Below are positions 62,133 through 64,000 of a stretch of 64,000 bases of DNA, one piece after another. A model generated the notes under the pieces. That model worked only from the letters and a program-made list of their open reading frames with translations. It had not been told where the DNA came from and made no database searches. Source of the stretch: Dipteris shenzhenensis. Taxonomy: Eukaryota. The translations under genes were made by a program, and so were the position numbers. Numbering within the stretch: the first letter of the stretch is position 1; each line of letters begins with the position of its first letter. The DNA lies in the NCBI GenBank assembly GCA_047967505.1, contig CM106538.1; one strand, given 5' to 3'.

Positions 62133-62783
62133 TGTCATAGGTGGCAGCACTGCAGCCCACAGCAGCAAGATGTGCACAGGAACAGGGGCAGCAGCAACAG
62201 ACAGGTCCAGAACAGCAGCAATAGGCACTGACATCAGCAACCTCTCAGTTGGCTGCATTGGCTGACTTGTCGGACAGGTCAGGTCAGTCTGGTCAGCTGG
62301 TCTATCAGCTCCAGTCAGCTGACCCTGCCCTAAACACTATAGCAGTAGGGCCTTGAACATAAGTCAGCCTTTTGGGAACAGTTGTATGTAGCCAATTGGG
62401 GAAACAGTGATAGACAGTAAATATTATCTACATGAGAGGGGGAAAAGGAGGGGGGGGAGGGGGCAATCCTGCATTCCCTAACATACACTCACAGAAGCAA
62501 GCAAATGAGTTTGTGTGCCTTTTCAGTACATACCTCCGCACTTACAGTTAGATAACAGGCTACAAAGGGAGTAAGTTGGTTCCCTTGCCTGTTACATGAG
62601 AGGGGGAGGGGGGGGGGGGGGGGGGAACCAATCCTGCATTCCCTAACATACACTCACAGAAGCAAGCAAATGAGTTTGTGTGCCTTTCAAGTTTCATTTC
62701 AGTACATACCTCTGCACTTACAGTTAGATAACAGGCTACAAAGAGAGTAAGTTGGTTCCCTTGCCTGTTACATTGGTATCAGA
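62133..62783 (+). mobile_element. LTR with tandemly duplicated 3' part (62433-62596, 62597-62772) and tRNA-iMet PBS
   Basis: TGTCA...TGTTACA T TGGTATCAGA (PBS 62774-62783). Confidence 0.7.
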
Positions 62784-62950
62784 CCTTCAGTTTTCCTTGT
62801 GAGGGATAAGTGTACTGGTTTATGGTAGAGACACACTCCGGCAACTTCCTAACCCCAGCATGGAGGATGAGGTGATGTCCTGTTAGCAGTTCTAGAATCG
62901 ATATGAGAGAGAGAGAGAGAGAGAATGTGAAACAATGGAAGCTACAACTT

Positions 62951-64000
62951 TGACACGTCCCAGCACTCCTGAAACCTCTGATCTACAAAACAAACACACA
63001 CCACGTGAGAACTGAGCAGGCTGCTCACCACCCAACCATGACACCTACGGGATGTGATCCCGAATCAGGAGATGTCCCCTCCGAGCCACGAGCTGAGCTA
63101 CTGGCACGAACTCCCAATCAGATCCAAACCAGCCTGGTGTCCCATACCACCAGGTGGCGCTGTGAAGCCTAGGATCTGCCACTGGGCCTTGGGCTACGCT
63201 AAGATGCAGGCGCGCGTCCGCGACTCAATCCAGGAACAGACCTAGCACCTGGGAACGAAACTTGCTCCCAACTGCACACTGAGAAATGAACCCCCTGGGC
63301 CCCTTTTATAGACTCGGGCCCCGAGCGCCACAAATAGCGAAGACCTATAAATAGTTCGTACCCTTGCCACTCAACCCGAGAATCAAGCCTGCCTAGCTCT
63401 AAGCCTCCCCAGGCTACCTGAGCTAGTCTTGTGTACCCAGTACACGTCAGATACTAATCCGTGCACATGACATACTCCCCCTCCTCTAAGAACTCACTCC
63501 TGAGTTCGCTAAAAAACCCGGAAATGTTCTCTAGAGATTTTGTAATGTCTCCCATGTTGCACCCTCCTCAACACGATCCTTCCACTTGATCTTGTATTCC
63601 GTGATAGATCGATTACGAATCTGTCTGTCACGAAATTCAAGAATACACTCAGGTTCGTGTGGAATAAAAGTCAAATCTGTAACTTCTATTATCTCGTGAG
63701 GAGAAACAAGTTGATCATCCTCACCCAAAACTTCTTTCAGTCTACTGACATGAAAGACTGGATGTACTTTAACATCAGGAGGTAATTCTAGTCGATATGC
63801 AACTGGTCCAATTCTTTTAATGACCTTGAATGGGCCACAATATCTGGGGGATAATTTCGGAACCAAACCAGTACTTAAGCTCTTGGATTCCTTAGGAATT
63901 CGCAAATATACCATCGTTCCTTCAGAGAATTCTCTAGGTGAACGATGTCTATTAGCATAAAATCTGTCCCGATCTTGGGCACTTCTAATAGACTCCTTGG
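62951..64000 (-). mobile_element. Chromoviral gypsy 3' end (integrase C-terminus + chromodomain ORF ending at 63531, PPT, 3' LTR 62951-63472) in a GDAP2 intron
   Basis: [42 protein letters not shown]...YKIKWK...ATWE. PPT AGAGGAGGGGGAG next to TGTCA. Confidence 0.93.

Overview
Eukaryotic, repeat-rich land-plant nuclear DNA. A fern-like genome is my inference, based on multi-kb TE-filled introns, BIC and GDAP2 orthologues, and RTEX-like LINE remnants. Two host genes are supported, both on the minus strand: an intronless BIC (blue-light inhibitor of cryptochromes) homologue at 15520-16251, and 13 exons of a GDAP2 (macro + CRAL-TRIO) gene at 43280-61887 whose 5' end lies outside the window. The rest is mostly nested mobile DNA: Ty1/copia, chromodomain Ty3/gypsy, L1 and RTEX-like LINE fragments, small non-autonomous LTR elements and CACTA/CMC transposons. 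The most striking object is a complete 7.47-kb CACTA-superfamily element (17989-25457). It has non-canonical CACAA/CAAAA termini and a TAT target duplication, and it sits inside an older copy of its own family. Its fully open 8-exon transposase and a second gene are arranged head-to-head, and the subterminal TAGACGCG motif is re-used as arrays in both putative leader introns. Also notable: an LTR element that captured an apparently spliced, internally deleted GDSL lipase transcript; a second divergent CMC transposase lineage; and several orphan ORFs. All family assignments come from motif recognition by eye, not database searches.
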